This document shows positions 1-12,491 of a stretch of 64,000 nt of DNA, one piece after another (the stretch's first letter is position 1; every line of letters starts with the position of its first letter). The stretch comes from Macrostomum lignano. Taxonomy: Eukaryota. A model generated the notes under the pieces. That model saw only the letters and a list, made by a program, of their open reading frames with translations, had not been told where the DNA came from and made no database searches. The translations under genes were made by a program, and so were the position numbers. The stretch spans positions 47,303-111,302 of the forward strand of contig NIVC01001133.1 in the NCBI GenBank assembly GCA_002269645.1, written 5' to 3'.

Positions 1-998
1 TTAGATAGAGTTCAGGGACAATTCTTAGATAGAGTTCAGGGACCATTCTTAGATAGGGTTCAGGGACCATTCTTAGATAGGGTTCAGGGACCAGTCTTAG
101 ATAGAGTTCAGGGACAATTCTTAGATAGAGTTCAGGGACCATTCATAGATAGGGTTCAGGGACCAGTCTTAGATAGAGTTCAGGGACCATTCTTAGATAG
201 GGTTCAGGGACCAGTCTTAGATAGAGTTCAGGGACCATTCTTAGATAGAGTTCAGGGACCAGTCTTAGATAGAGTTCAGGGACCATTCTTAGATAGAGTT
301 CAGGGACCAGTCTTAGATAGGGTTCAGGGACCATTCTTAGATAGAGTTCAGAGACAATTCTTAGATAGAGTTCAGGGACCATTCTTAGATAGAGTTCAGG
401 GACCATTCTTAGATAGAGTTCAGGGACCATTCTTAGATAGAGTTCAGTGACCATTCTTAGATAGGGTTCAGGGACCAGTCTTAGATAGAGTTCAGGGACC
501 AGTCTTAGATAGAGTTCAGGGACCATTCTTAGATAGGGTTCAGGGACCAGTCTTAGATAGAGTTCAGGGACCATTCTTAGAAAGAGTTCAGGGACCATTC
601 TTAGATAGGGTTCAGGGACCAATCTTAGATAGGGTTCAGGGACCATTCTTAGATAGGGTTCAGGGACCATTCTAGATAGGGTTCAGGGACCATTCTTAGA
701 TAGGGTTCAGGGACCATTCTAGATAGGGTTCAGGGACCATTCTTAGATAGGGTTCAGGGACCATTCTTACGAGCTAGATAGGGTTCAGGGACCATTCTTA
801 GATAGGGTTCAGGGACCATTCTTAGATAGAGTTCAGGGACCATTCTTAGATAGAGTTCAGGGACAATTCTTAGATAGGGTTCAGGGACCATTCTTAGATA
901 GGGTTCAGGGACCATTCTTAGATAGGGTTCAGGGACCATTCTTAGATAGGGTTCAGGGACCATTCTTAGGCTTCTTAGGTGAGTTCAGGGACCATTCA
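1..998. repeat. Minisatellite, 24-bp unit TTAGATAG(A/G)GTTCAGGGACCA(T/G)TC, PI3K intron 7
   Basis: About 40 tandem copies are directly visible; the array continues past the window start. Confidence 0.97.
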
Positions 999-1046
999 TA
1001 GGTGAGTGTATCTTAGGAAGTTTCAAGAGGAAGACAAGAAACTCAC

Positions 1047-4000
1047 AATCAGGTAATCCAAATCCGCCGTATCCTTGAGCTCGTCCAATCCGACTTTGAC
1101 CATCAGGGCGAACAAGTTGAGCAGCAGGTCACTTCGCTGTCGAATAGCCATGTAGGCCCTGACGCACAGGTCTCTGAAGTGGGCATCGATATTCACGCTG
1201 CCAGTCAGCCTGCCCAGCTCAGTCAGCGCGTCCAGAAACTCCTGGGCCAGCACGAACGGCACCCGCTCTCGTTTGATGCCCAGCTTTGACTTGAAGTTGC
1301 CAAGAATATGGCCGAAGTCGATGTGGAAGAGGACGCCATTCTTCCTCAGCATAATGTTGCCGCAGTGCCGGTCACCGATGCCCAGAATGTAGGTGGCCAC
1401 CGAGTAGCCGGCCAGGGAGGACATGAACCGGTGCAGAGCTGCCACGAGTTCAGCGTCTGTCCGGTTGTACTTTTTCAGGTAGGCGGTCACGCGGGAGAGG
1501 CTGGGCTCGTCTGCACTATTGATGATCTTTGCCACCGTGTCGGCGTCTTGGACAACCTGACGACAAGGGGGGGGGGGCAGATTGTAAGACAATTGCCAGA
1601 ATTTGTAGCATCTATAATTAATAATAACTTTGGAAAATTTTAAAAATATTCTAACATTTTTGGGTATATCTAACCTTAACCTACGCTACTGTTAGTATTA
1701 TTAGTCTGGTTTACGAAATTTGACACTTCCAGCCATTTGATCGTCCAACCGAAAACGAAACCTAGCTTAAATCATAAACTCGTAAGCTAAACCCTAAACC
1801 CAAAATCATAATACAAAACCTTACCTAAATCTCAAAACTAACCCTAACAAACTAAACCTAAACCCTACTAAAACCTAAGCCCAAATCTAAACTCAAACCC
1901 AAACCTAACCTAAACTAAAAACTAAACCCAAAATCTAAACTAAACCTTAACCCAAATCTAAACCTAAACCCTATCCAAACCTAAACCCAAACATAAACTT
2001 TAACCTAAACCGTAACCTAAACCCCAACTCTAAACCCAAAACCTACACCCGAACTTAAACCGCAACCCTAACCTAAATCATAATAAAGTAGATTATAGAT
2101 AACCAAAATGGAAAGATACCCATACCCGGTAACAACCGTAAGAAATCACGCATATTACTCTCACCTCAATGAAGCCTTTCCTATCGCCGCAGGTGACCAC
2201 CTCGTACAAGTTGAGGCTGATGTCCAACCCACTCTGCTCCCAGACAAAAGACATGAGCCGCAGACAGTGCAGAATCAGCATGTCCTGTCGAAGGTCATCG
2301 CCGCACTTGAAGATCAGGCTGGTGATCCCGGAAGCTGTGTCATCACGGCTCCAGGCCAGCAGCAGGGGTCGCATCTTCGAGTCCAGCACCCGGCAGCGCT
2401 CGAGATCGGGCCGGCACAGCAGGATGTCCGGGTGGGCCGGCGACCACACGTTGCTGAGGGCTTCCAGCTGGGCCTCAACTCCGCTGCGCAGCTGCCGGGT
2501 GGCGTCTTCGATTTTCGAACGGCTGGCCTGGTAAGGCGCGGCACGGATAGTACACTGTCGGGCTTGCATTCCTGACACCCTCTGGTGGCATTCCTGACAC
2601 CCTCTGGTGGCATTCCTGACACCCTTCTGGTGGCATTCCTGACACCCTTCTGGTGGCATTCCTGACACCCTTCTGGTGGCATTCCTGACACCCTTCTGGT
2701 GGCATTCCTGACACCCTCTGGTGGCATTCCTGACACCCTTCTGGTGGCATTCCTGACACCCTCTGGTGGCATTCCTGACACCCTCTGGTGGCATTCCTGA
2801 CACCCTCTGGTGGCATTCCTGACACCCTCTGGTGGCATTCCTGACACCCTCTGGTGGCATTCCTGACACCCTCTGGTGGCATTCCTGACACCCTCTGGTG
2901 GCATTCCTGACACCCTTCTGGTGGCATTTCTGACACCCTCTGGTGGTATTCCTGACACCCTCTGGTGGTATTCCTGACACCCTCTGGTGGTATTCCTGAC
3001 ACCCTTCTGGTGGCATTCCTGACACCCTCTGGTGGCATTCCTGACACCCTCTGGTGGCATTCCTGACACCCTCTGGTGGTATTTCTGACATCCTCTAGTA
3101 GCATTTCTGACAACCCTCTCTAGTGGCATTCCTGACAATCCTCTCTGGTGGAATTCCTGACACCCTCTGGTGGCATTCCTGACACCCCTCTCTGATGGCA
3201 TTCCTGACATCCCTCTCTGATGGAATTCCTGACAACCCTCTCTGATGGAATTCCTAACATCCCTCTCTGATGGCATTCCTGACAACCCTCTCTGATGGAA
3301 TTCCTGACACCCCTCTCTGATGGAATTCCTGACAACCCTCTCTGATGGAATTCCTGACATCCCTCTCTGATGGCATTCCTAACCGCCCTCTCTGATGGAA
3401 TTCCTGACAACCCTCTCTGATGGAATTCCTGACAGCCCTCTCTGATGGCATTCCTGACAGCCCTCTCTGATGGAATTCCTGACAACCCTCTCTGATGGAA
3501 TTCCTGACATCCCTCTGATGGAATTCCTGACATCCCTTTCTGATAGAATTCCTGACATCCCTCTCTGATGGAATTCCTGACACCCCTCTCTGATGGAATT
3601 CCTGACACCCCTCTCTGATGGAATTCCTGACACCCCTCTCTGATGGAATTCCTGACACCCCTCTCTGATGGAATTCCTGACAACCCTCTCTGATGGCATT
3701 CTTGACACCCCTCTCTGATGGCATTCCTAACCGCCCTCTCTGATGGAATTCCTGACAAGCCTCCAGTAGCATTCCTAACATCCAGCCCTGCTATATTTGA
3801 AGTCATTAAAGAACAGAAATTAATCTAATTAAGTACCTTAGAAGCCAGTCCGCTCAGCCGCACAGCCAGTCCAATCTGATTGCCCAGGTACTCCAACAGG
3901 CTTGAAGGAGAGAACAGCAGAAACGCTTCTAGGAAGATTCCCAACCTATGCTGACTGCTGTCGCAAGCGAGCATCTCAGCTTTCACCAGATAGTACAGGT

Positions 4001-7000
4001 GGTGACCGATCTGGCGATTGCTGAACGCTTTGCGGAGTAGGTACCTTGGTATCAGGTGGAGTTTGACGAGGATTGTTTTTTTGTGTTTAACAGCATTAGA
4101 TACTACTGACTGAGAGTAAATGGACGTATCTGAGGCGTTGCCACAGTAGCTGCAGAATCACTGAGTTGCGCCACTTTTTGAATTAGAGAATCGCATTTCA
4201 AATTTTTATAACAACTCTATTTAGTCTACTTGAGTTAGAAGTTTAAGAGCTAATACAACGACTCTTAGGGCGACTTTTTGCGACTCTCACGATTCTGCAA
4301 CTATCGCATTACAGTCGTTTGAGTGGTTAAAAAGTCACAAGAGTGGACCAAGAGTCGCTAGAGTCATAAGCGAGTTATTTCCAATGTCTTCTTTAGCGAT
4401 ACTGATTAGTAAGGCGGATCTGTGAAATTACTTGGACGTCTAAGTGTCGTAGGCCGCAGGGTGTCGTAATGTTAAACTATGCCTGGCAGCTATCAAACAC
4501 TGAGGCACTCAAGGCTAAATACAAGAGCTCAGGTCTCACCTGGCCAGCGCACTGTCGGATAAGCCTCGTACTTCAAGCACTCGACCATCTGCATCAGAAT
4601 CAAGCACAGCATGTCGTCCTCAACAGTCACTTTCTGGTCCACAATTCGAACCCCAATCGAACGGATTCGACTGTCCAAACAGCTGGAGTTGAGCAGCTGC
4701 AGGCCCGCCTCCAGGGCTACCTTGTCCAGTTGCCATTTGTTCAGCAACCTGTACGCTTCATCAACAGCTTCAGCGGAGCGCCAGGGAATCGCCTGACAGA
4801 ATTTCACAATCCTCTCTGGATGACAGGTGGCTACTTGATTGCGACATTTCCAAATCAATTTCAAATCCTGATCGGCCGTTTCCACCGCGGCAAGGGCGTA
4901 AGCCAGAGTGGCATCTTCCACTAAGAAGTCGTTTCTAATTTGCTCCGGAGTTGCCGGTCTTTCGCCAGTCTCATTGGCTGAGACGCCATCGAACAGTTCC
5001 GTAGTTGTTGTAGCAATAGAAAAATTGTCAGCATCTGTAGTGGCTGCAGTGGTGCAGCTGAAATAGCTGGCAATGCTATCACTAGATTGGTGCATTGGTG
5101 GTTGCAGAACGGACGACTGGCTCAGGTAGACAGTGTAGGGCATGAATGTTGACCAGTAATGCGTATAGTTGGGCAGCTCAAAGCCCAGAGTGATGTGAAG
5201 CGCAACAGGCGGATTATTAGAGTTGGACTGAGCGCAACCGCTAGGATTGAAAACTCCGCTAGTCTGAAGCAGCTGCTTAGAAGGCGCCCGTTCCACCGGC
5301 CACAGGCCGAAAGAGAATGTGCCCATAGTTAGACGACCGTGACTGTCAAACAAGGGCATGTTGCCCCAGGCTATGGGAGTCTCCGAGTGCTGTGTTCGTT
5401 CAACAACGGCCATTGACAGTCGGGCAGCGCGCGGCAGGTCTCGCCAGGCGATGTCAAACTGTTGATTTCTGCAATCGGCCGCAGCGGAGCCGGGCTGCAG
5501 CGGCAGACAGGCAGTCATGCACATGGAGCAGTCGCTCAGAGTTGGAGCAATGTACAAGTAATAATCCGGCTGGTTGTCTTCATCAATGCCAGGCGAAGCT
5601 GCGGGATCGCCAGTGCCGGCCGAGGCAGCGGCTGCAGCGACTGCGGCTGAGTCCAACAATAAATTAGAATCGAAATTGAATCTGGACAGCGTGACGCTGA
5701 ACTTCAAGGATGGGCTGATACCCATCATGCTGCAGCTTTGGGCGTTGCGACGCGGAGCAATGTAGCTGCGGAATGGGGGATGGAAAATTAGAAAAAAATC
5801 AAACCCATGACCTTTCTGAGTCACGTCAGCCGGTCGTTCAAATGCTACTTTTTCAGACATTCCCTCTAGTGACTGTTGGTACATATATATATATAGGTCT
5901 GCCACTACAGTATGCTGTGGCTGGCTGTCTTGGTGATTTGGGATCTTGCCCTCCAGCTAAATGCTAGGGTACTGACTGGAAAGAGAGCATCGTACTCAAG
6001 AGCCATCCCCATCGCCCGACTCGCGGGACAAATTACTCAGGGTTAGGATTCTGTGTCCTCGACCACAATGGCCTTGTGCAATGTGCAATCAAAACTGACC
6101 AACTCTATGAATTCTCAGACTAACCGCTGCAATACTCCGTGTCTCAACTGTTCAAGTACACGAGTTGAGGCGGCGCCAGAAGCGCTGTGCAATTCGTGAA
6201 CCTCGCGCGGTTCTAAAATTCGAATCTCCAAATTATTTCGATGATGCGCGATGTGCCGCTGGACAACTTTGTAGGCCCATAGCGGCCTGTTCTCGTACAT
6301 AAACACCATTCTGCCGCATAGCTTGATCAGCTGGTGATCCGACTCCCTTAAAAGGGTGTCCCTCTCCGGATGTCTACGTAACAGAGCCAAGATGTCGTCT
6401 GCGATTTTTAGTTTGCAATTATTAATTATAGATTTATTAAGATTGATGTTGCTATATGCAACAAGTCGCTTTGATGGTGGTGGTATCGACTGCACATGAC
6501 GATAAAACTAGACTATACATGACGATAAAACTAGACTATACATGACGATAGAACTAGACTATACATGACGATAGAACTAGACTATACATGACGATAAAAC
6601 TAGACTATACATGACGATAGAACTAGACTATACATGACGATAAAACTAGACTATACATGACGATAAAACTAGACTATACATGACGATAAAACTAGACTAT
6701 ACATGACGATAAAACTTCAACAGAGAAACATATATGGTTAAGCGCAGATCATTACTCACTAGGCCTGTCGCCTAAACTGACAACAATATCCACAAAGTTG
6801 GAGCGCGACATTCGCGGCTGTTTCAGTCGGCCACCATCCGGCTGCTGCAGACGCCGCACGCTCAGGCACATCATCGACGAGTCGCTCAATGCAGGCGGTA
6901 ACTTGTTGCTTAAAGCTACGGGAAAATTGGTTCGAAGCCAGGCAACAAATGAGTCGCGATCTTCAGCCGTCTCAGCTTGCAACTCAGAGTCGACTAAACG

Positions 7001-7840
7001 CCTGACCTGGCTGGCGCAGTGGAACATCTCGATGAGCTCAGGGTCAGATGGAGAGGCGAGGCACAGAGGTTGACGCTGACACAGTGCGGCAGTGAGCTGC
7101 TCAACAATGAGGCGAGACTCCAGATCGCTCGGATTGGCACTACTCAACGACAATGTGACAATGCTGCCTAGAGGATCGGATTCTTGGCCTGTGGAAGTTC
7201 GGGGGTTCAGTTTTGTAATCATTTGTTTTTAGGTTCGTGCACTATATCGCTACGTCTAGGGTGACGTCCACCCACAACCAGTGCTGCTCGTACAAACGCG
7301 CCAATACTGTACGCAGGCACGCACTCATATACAAGGTGAACAGTGGCCCAGACTTTCGAATCATCAAGAGTGTACACCCTGACGTAAGGGGGGGGGGGTT
7401 GGCTGGCTCTCATGGGTTAGGATCACACGACAACCTCCAACCTCTAGACCAATTTTCGTGCGCACAAGTCCCAAACGAATGGGGCTGCCGTAAAAATTAT
7501 AAAACCATGTTTAAAGTTGTCTCCCACCTGCTTTCTCGGTCTGCTGAAAGCGACTAAAACTGCTCAGACGTTGCGATTCCTCAAATTCGGTGACCCGACG
7601 GAAGTAGCTGTGGTCGAGAAACTCGAAGTAATATTCCTGCCTGGATTTCATCAAGTGAATTAGACCCAGATCGCTTAGCTTTTTCCATACTAGATGCTTG
7701 AGCTGGGCAAAGGTGACGTCTAACGATATCATCAAGTCCAGTAGGTAGGGAAAGTCGTCTTGCTGAATGAGCACAGACAGCGGCTGCGGCTCAGAGTACA
7801 CCTCCGAGTAAGCATAGTCTGAGTTTTCTTCATTCGCCAT
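1047..7840 (-). CDS. PIK3CA: Class I phosphatidylinositol 3-kinase catalytic subunit (p110-type); 3' end lies outside the window; apparent 1-nt frameshift near 4557
   Basis: Exons (minus): 7840-7528, 7188-6760, 6398-6125, 5765-4540, 4044-3837, 2527-2165, 1556-1047; all introns GT-AG. Domain order is ABD-like, RBD (HQLIKLCGR..RPLWAYKVVQ), C2 (QFDIAWRDLPRAARLS, PIAWGNMPLFD), helical (MVECLKYE), kinase (DSKMRPL, FKCGDDLRQD, LGIGDRHCGN, HIDFGHILGNFKSKLGIKRERVPF). The symbol is family-level; the alpha/beta/delta paralog cannot be assigned. Confidence 0.93.
1780..2090. repeat. Degenerate CCTAAA/CCCAAA low-complexity tract, PI3K intron 6
   Basis: Irregular aacctaaaccc-type units; the plus strand is almost free of G. 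Confidence 0.8.
2567..3780. repeat. Compound minisatellite: 22/23-bp GGTGGCATTCCTGACACCCTCT grading into 25-bp GATGGAATTCCTGACAACCCTCTCT, PI3K intron 5
   Basis: Tandem units are visible; the unit type switches near 3100. Confidence 0.97.
6496..6714. repeat. Minisatellite, 23-bp unit ATGACGATA(A/G)AACTAGACTATAC, PI3K intron 2
   Basis: About 9.5 near-identical copies. Confidence 0.97.
7285..7490. repeat. Family A, diverged copy, PI3K intron 1
   Basis: Shares GTACGCAGGCAC, CAGTGGCCC, GTGTACAC and GGGGTTGGC with the reference, and AATTTTCGTGCGCACAAG..CCAAACGAATG with the 29205 copy. Confidence 0.65.
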
Positions 7841-8880
7841 GAATGCGAACAGCAAGCACAGAAACAAATAAGCAAGGTTTTGATTCTACTGCTCAAGCTT
7901 ATATTTTGTAAATCTTAAGTCCCAACCAATTAAGGTCTAACATTTAATACTCGTTGATCGTTTGAAACTCTAAATAGTCGAATTTTGATATTGGTTAGGT
8001 AAAGCTTTGATACTCGAGTTTGATACTCGAGTAACAAACTTGTTATAAAAATAAATATACCATTTCAACTTCGAAGAGGGTTGAATTGATCTAGGTGCAA
8101 GAAGATCAAAGATTTCTGAGATTCTCGGTACATTGATGAGCCATGTGGAAGAAAAGCCGACTGTGACCGTTAAACAATCAGTCCTCTGATTGACGGGACT
8201 TGATCAATTACATTGGAGGATGTTACGACGACTTAATGGAGATTGGAAAGAATAGTGGCATGTCAAGAGAACAGATTCCTACACACGATCTGAATGGCGG
8301 CGCGGAGACATTCATTCCCCCCGGAGTGCGATGTATTTTTGTATACGCTGAAGTCACTAAGTTAATTTGTCATGGTTAGATAGAGTAAAATCAAATTCGT
8401 AATCGGTGCAATATTGTTGCATGTTAAATCATGTTAAAAAAAAACGGCAAATCAAGTTAGTTAAGGTGTGTTTGATCGGCATTTTTCATCGCACAAGAAA
8501 GTAGGTAAAATTATCCCCATGTTGTTATTTTTTTATCGTCTAATCATTAAAATAAACCATTATAAAACAAAACAGATAAAAAGTAAAGTGTAAAACAGAC
8601 GTGGTGTATTTATTGAGATAACGAGGGTGACAGTTTCAAACGTTATGAGCAAGGTAAATTTAACATCTAAAAACTAAAAAGTTGCAGGAACAATGCATGT
8701 CTAACTAAAAAAGCACTATTCACAGCCTTAATTTAGAAAATTCCATTTTGCAGAATTAAATTTTGCCTGATTTCAACAAGTTTACATTAAGTAAAAAATA
8801 TTCAAAAAGACCTTTTATCGTAGTACACACAACAGTTGTTCGTAGAAGTTTTGATTGCAGCTTTTTTGAACAAAAAAAGT

Positions 8881-9171
8881 AATTGATTACACCTGTGCTG
8901 ATGGGCAGATGTGCAAACGACAGCTCAGTCGCAGCTATTGCGCGGCGTATCTGAAAGCTGCGTGCGACTGTTCAGTCCAAGGACTGGGGGTCGTCACACA
9001 CCCTTAATTACCGCATCTAATGCCGGTATCTATTTTATAGCTGTGTGAACTAAAGCAATTTAGAGTTCAGTGTCTTGATCAAGAACACAAATTATTCTAT
9101 CTGAGTCGAGAATCGAATCCCAAACCTTTCAGCCATGAGTCTGGCGCTCTAACCAGTGGGCTACAGTCCCC
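8881..9171 (-). mobile_element. tRNA-derived SINE with CORE-like central domain, copy 1
   Basis: The 5' end GGGGACTGTAGCCCACTGGTTAGAGC (A box) and GGGATTCGATTC (B box) are visible. The body aligns by eye with three other copies. Confidence 0.88.
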
Positions 9172-9274
9172 TCGTCTCAAGCTACAACCGCTAACTTTGA
9201 ACAAAGTCAGCAGAAAAACGCATAGGTGATCGATTTTTTCCAAAAGCTTGTAAAAGCTGTTATTAATCTATCTG

Positions 9275-11232
9275 TCAATCGTTATAACGCGCAAACAAGG
9301 TCAACTGAAGAATAGGTCCAACGCTTAGCGTGGTTAAATCAGACAGAACAGCTTCAGCAGCTGAGAACGATTTCGTCTGAAGCAAATTATGCTTCCGAAA
9401 AGAGAACACGCCAACAGCGAACAATGGCAGAATTGTGAGACTGTCGTAGGCGACAATTCTATCCCAGAGTAGCAGCACCTGTTCCGGCAGCAGTAAACCG
9501 GAGAAGGCCAGCATCATCCAGCGGAAAGCGATGCGCAACGGTTGAATACCTTCGGAGCGTAGATGATGAAACAGTTCAGGCTCTTGAGTTTGCAGCAACG
9601 ATTCAAATAGGGCGCACAGGCCCAGTATGCTATCTGGTTCGGAGCTGATCACGTGCAACTTGTAGAAGTGGCGAGTGTACAGCTCGCGAAATACCAAGTA
9701 AAGCTCTTTGGGATCCGGATACAGAAAGCACAGCGGACACAGTAGCAGAGCGAATCCGTGGAACGGAATCACACCGGAGGGCGGATAGGCCACAGCGGCG
9801 GATTCGTCTCCAACCCGACCGTTCAAATACGCCTTCGGAGCCGTGGCGCAACAGCGTCGATAAACTCCTACAATAGCTGGATCCCGGCTAAACATCAGCA
9901 ATATCATGTGCAGATAGTCTTCAAACACGAAGTACATATCATTGTTGGCGGCAGTCAGTTTGACATCTTTGAAAATAAGCGCGTCAACTAGCAAATCGTG
10001 GTCTAGCACGGCCTGTTTCAGGCCTTGGAGGTATTGTTCGGCGTGTCCGGTGACCGAGACGTCAAAAATTACCGACCAGAGGCGACCACGATAGGACAGA
10101 GGTACACCGCGTTTAGCCAACTCCTGGGCTAGGGGTGCACTGCCAGATTCGAGTACCTGCAAAATTGACAGGCAATTGATGTTGAGCAAAAAAGCCAGCT
10201 GTTAGTGTTGAGCGGGGGAAATTGACCTGCTGGTCCATGGCATTAACGTTGAAAAGACAGCTATGCGTCATAATACTAAAGTAGGCACTTTAATATAATA
10301 ACAATTGCAGTGAGAATATTGCTAACTTATTAGCCCAACCTTGAAACTGCAGTCTTAGACGTTCCGTTTTTTGGTACAATTAGCGCTACTCTGTCTTTTC
10401 AATAGGGCTGAATTTTCATGCTTTAGAATACAGCAATAATGCCAGTGTAGAAAAAGACATGTTTAGTAGCCAGGAAAGACTAGATAAACTACTGCTACAT
10501 GAGTAGTAACTAACGAACCTTCACAGTGAGCTTTTCCCGTTCAACATCGCCGTCAGGCAGACACTCGTCATCTACGCCAGTCTGCGACAAGCTAATAGCC
10601 AAATCGTGATAGTCCAAACGTAGCTGGTCAATTGTTTTACAGCGCAACGGAGCGTGTATCAGGCCCCAGCGAGTGTCAGTCATCTCTGGCAGAGCGTTGG
10701 GACACCTGACTGCGACCAGCACTTCAAGGAAGTCCTTAGAAGCGTACACGGGTCTAATTGAAGAGACATCTTTCTCTATCACACTAAGCTCATTCCATTT
10801 CGACACCAGCGCGTTGAAATCTTTCTCCGTTCGACGGCGAGCCAACGGCAAGCCAAGATCTGAGCACATAGTGTTGAGACTTTTGCAAATCCGTTTCTCC
10901 CAATTAGTTTGAGCTCTGCCAAAATGAGCAGCCTCACCAACTGGTGTTAACGACTGCTGCTGCTGCTGAGACAGCGGCTGCTGCTGATACTGACGCTTGG
11001 GCAATTTAGCCGATGCAGCAAACAGCCAGTTGATAACGCTGCGACGACTTTCAGGCGTGTTTAACCGATCTAACAAAGCGTCTTTAGCGGCGGAGAAGCC
11101 GCCACTACTAGAGGCCAAATAGCTGCTGGATGCGCCCGAAGTCAAGTCTTTCTCCACAGCTTCCAATAGGCTAAGATGCAGATCAGAGTCGAAGAAATTG
11201 CGGCAGAGTTCTTCTAAATCAGCTTTTTCCAT
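9275..11232 (-). CDS. TBC1D19: TBC1 domain family member 19
   Basis: Exons 11232-10519 and 10156-9275 with a phase-0 GT-AG intron give 531 aa. Motifs recalled from TBC1D19: WEKRICKSLNTMC, RPVYASKDFLEVL, DLLVDALIFKDVKLTAANNDMYFVFEDYL, YPPSGVIPFHGF, LLLWDRI. Confidence 0.93.
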
Positions 11233-11774
11233 AGTGAGATGAAGCAATTATTGACCTCTTTGGTACACTTAAATTTTGTAGGAGAATTAACATGAACATA
11301 GCACTGTTATGGAATCGTTTTATCCTTTAGTCTACGTATTATTATATACTACAAAACAAAACAAATCAAGAGAAACTAAGATATCCAATCCAAAATAAAC
11401 TCATCACTGGTTTATTGATTTCACAGCGGCATAACAGATACGCCAAAAAACAACCAACTTATCGAACATAAACCAGGAAATGCTTTTCAAGCGTGAACTC
11501 CAGCATATTAACTAGAAATTGAAAGTTAATTTAATTTCTCAAATGAAATGCTGCTGGCAAACATTGAGTAGTGAATTTCGGGGTAATCACAACCATCGCT
11601 ATTAACGCTATTGAGTTGCGCATCATTTCGTCAGATTTAAGATTTAAGATTTTTTTAGAAAAAGCAAGCTGTTCTCCTTGAATTCTTTTGACAATAAGAT
11701 AAACTATAAAAAGCAAGCCTCAATAGACATTCATCAAGCTCGTAAAAAACGGAACTAGAAGAAGACGTCTGATA

Positions 11775-12400
11775 ATCTGGGAAGCCGGTGGTGGCCCAGC
11801 AACTGAGGATCTGGGAGGCTGGCCCAGCAACTGAGGATCTGGGAGGCTGGCCCAGCAACTGAGGATCTGGGAGGCTGGCCCAGCAACTGAGGATCTGGGA
11901 GGCTGGCCCAGCAACTGACACTCTGGGAGGCTGGCCCAGCAACTGAGGATCTGGGAGGCTGGCCCAGCAACTGAGGATCTGGGAGGCTGGCCCAGCAACT
12001 GAGGATCTGGGAGGCTGGCCCAGCAACTGAGGATCTGAGAGGCTGGTCTAGCAACTGGGGATCTGAGAGGCTGGTCTAGCAACTGGGGATCTGAGAGGCT
12101 GGCCCAGCAACTGAGGATCTGAGAGGCTGGTCTAGCAACTGGGGATCTGAGAGGCTGGCCCAGCAACTGAGGATCTGGGAGGCTGGCCCAGCAACTGAGG
12201 ATCTGGGAGGCTGGCCCAGCAACTGAGGATCTGAGAGGCTGGTCTAGAGACTGGGGATCTAAGAGGCTGGCCCAGTAACTGGGGATCTGAGAGGCTGGCC
12301 CAGTAACTGGGGATCTGGGAGGCTGGCCCAGCAACTGGGGATCTGGGAGGCTGGCCCAGCAACTGCGAGGATCTGTGAAGCTGGCCCAGCAACTGACACT
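11775..12400. repeat. Minisatellite, 28-bp unit GGCTGGCCCAGCAACTGAGGATCTGGGA, RRP12-TBC1D19 spacer
   Basis: About 22 tandem copies. Confidence 0.97.
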
Positions 12401-12491
12401 CTAAATACATTAATTGACTTTCAATGCTTCTGAGACAATAGGCGATCAACGGTTCCCTTTCAGTCTCAACAGTTTATAAAGCATCCACGAT

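Noticed and set aside
143-963. Repeat-peptide ORFs (MVPEPYLR)n, and similar ORFs at 2093-3806, 11655-12449, 20895-22514, 24046-24468, 25019-25827, 33396-33668, 38028-38588, 38869-40554 and 49868-50305
   Set aside because: These are stop-free frames of intronic or spacer minisatellites. The flanking exons join in frame without them.
7219-7413. ORF 7219..7413 as a PI3K exon
   Set aside because: Exon 1 (phase 1 at 7528) joins cleanly to 7188 and restores p110 homology. The ORF lies in a family A repeat.
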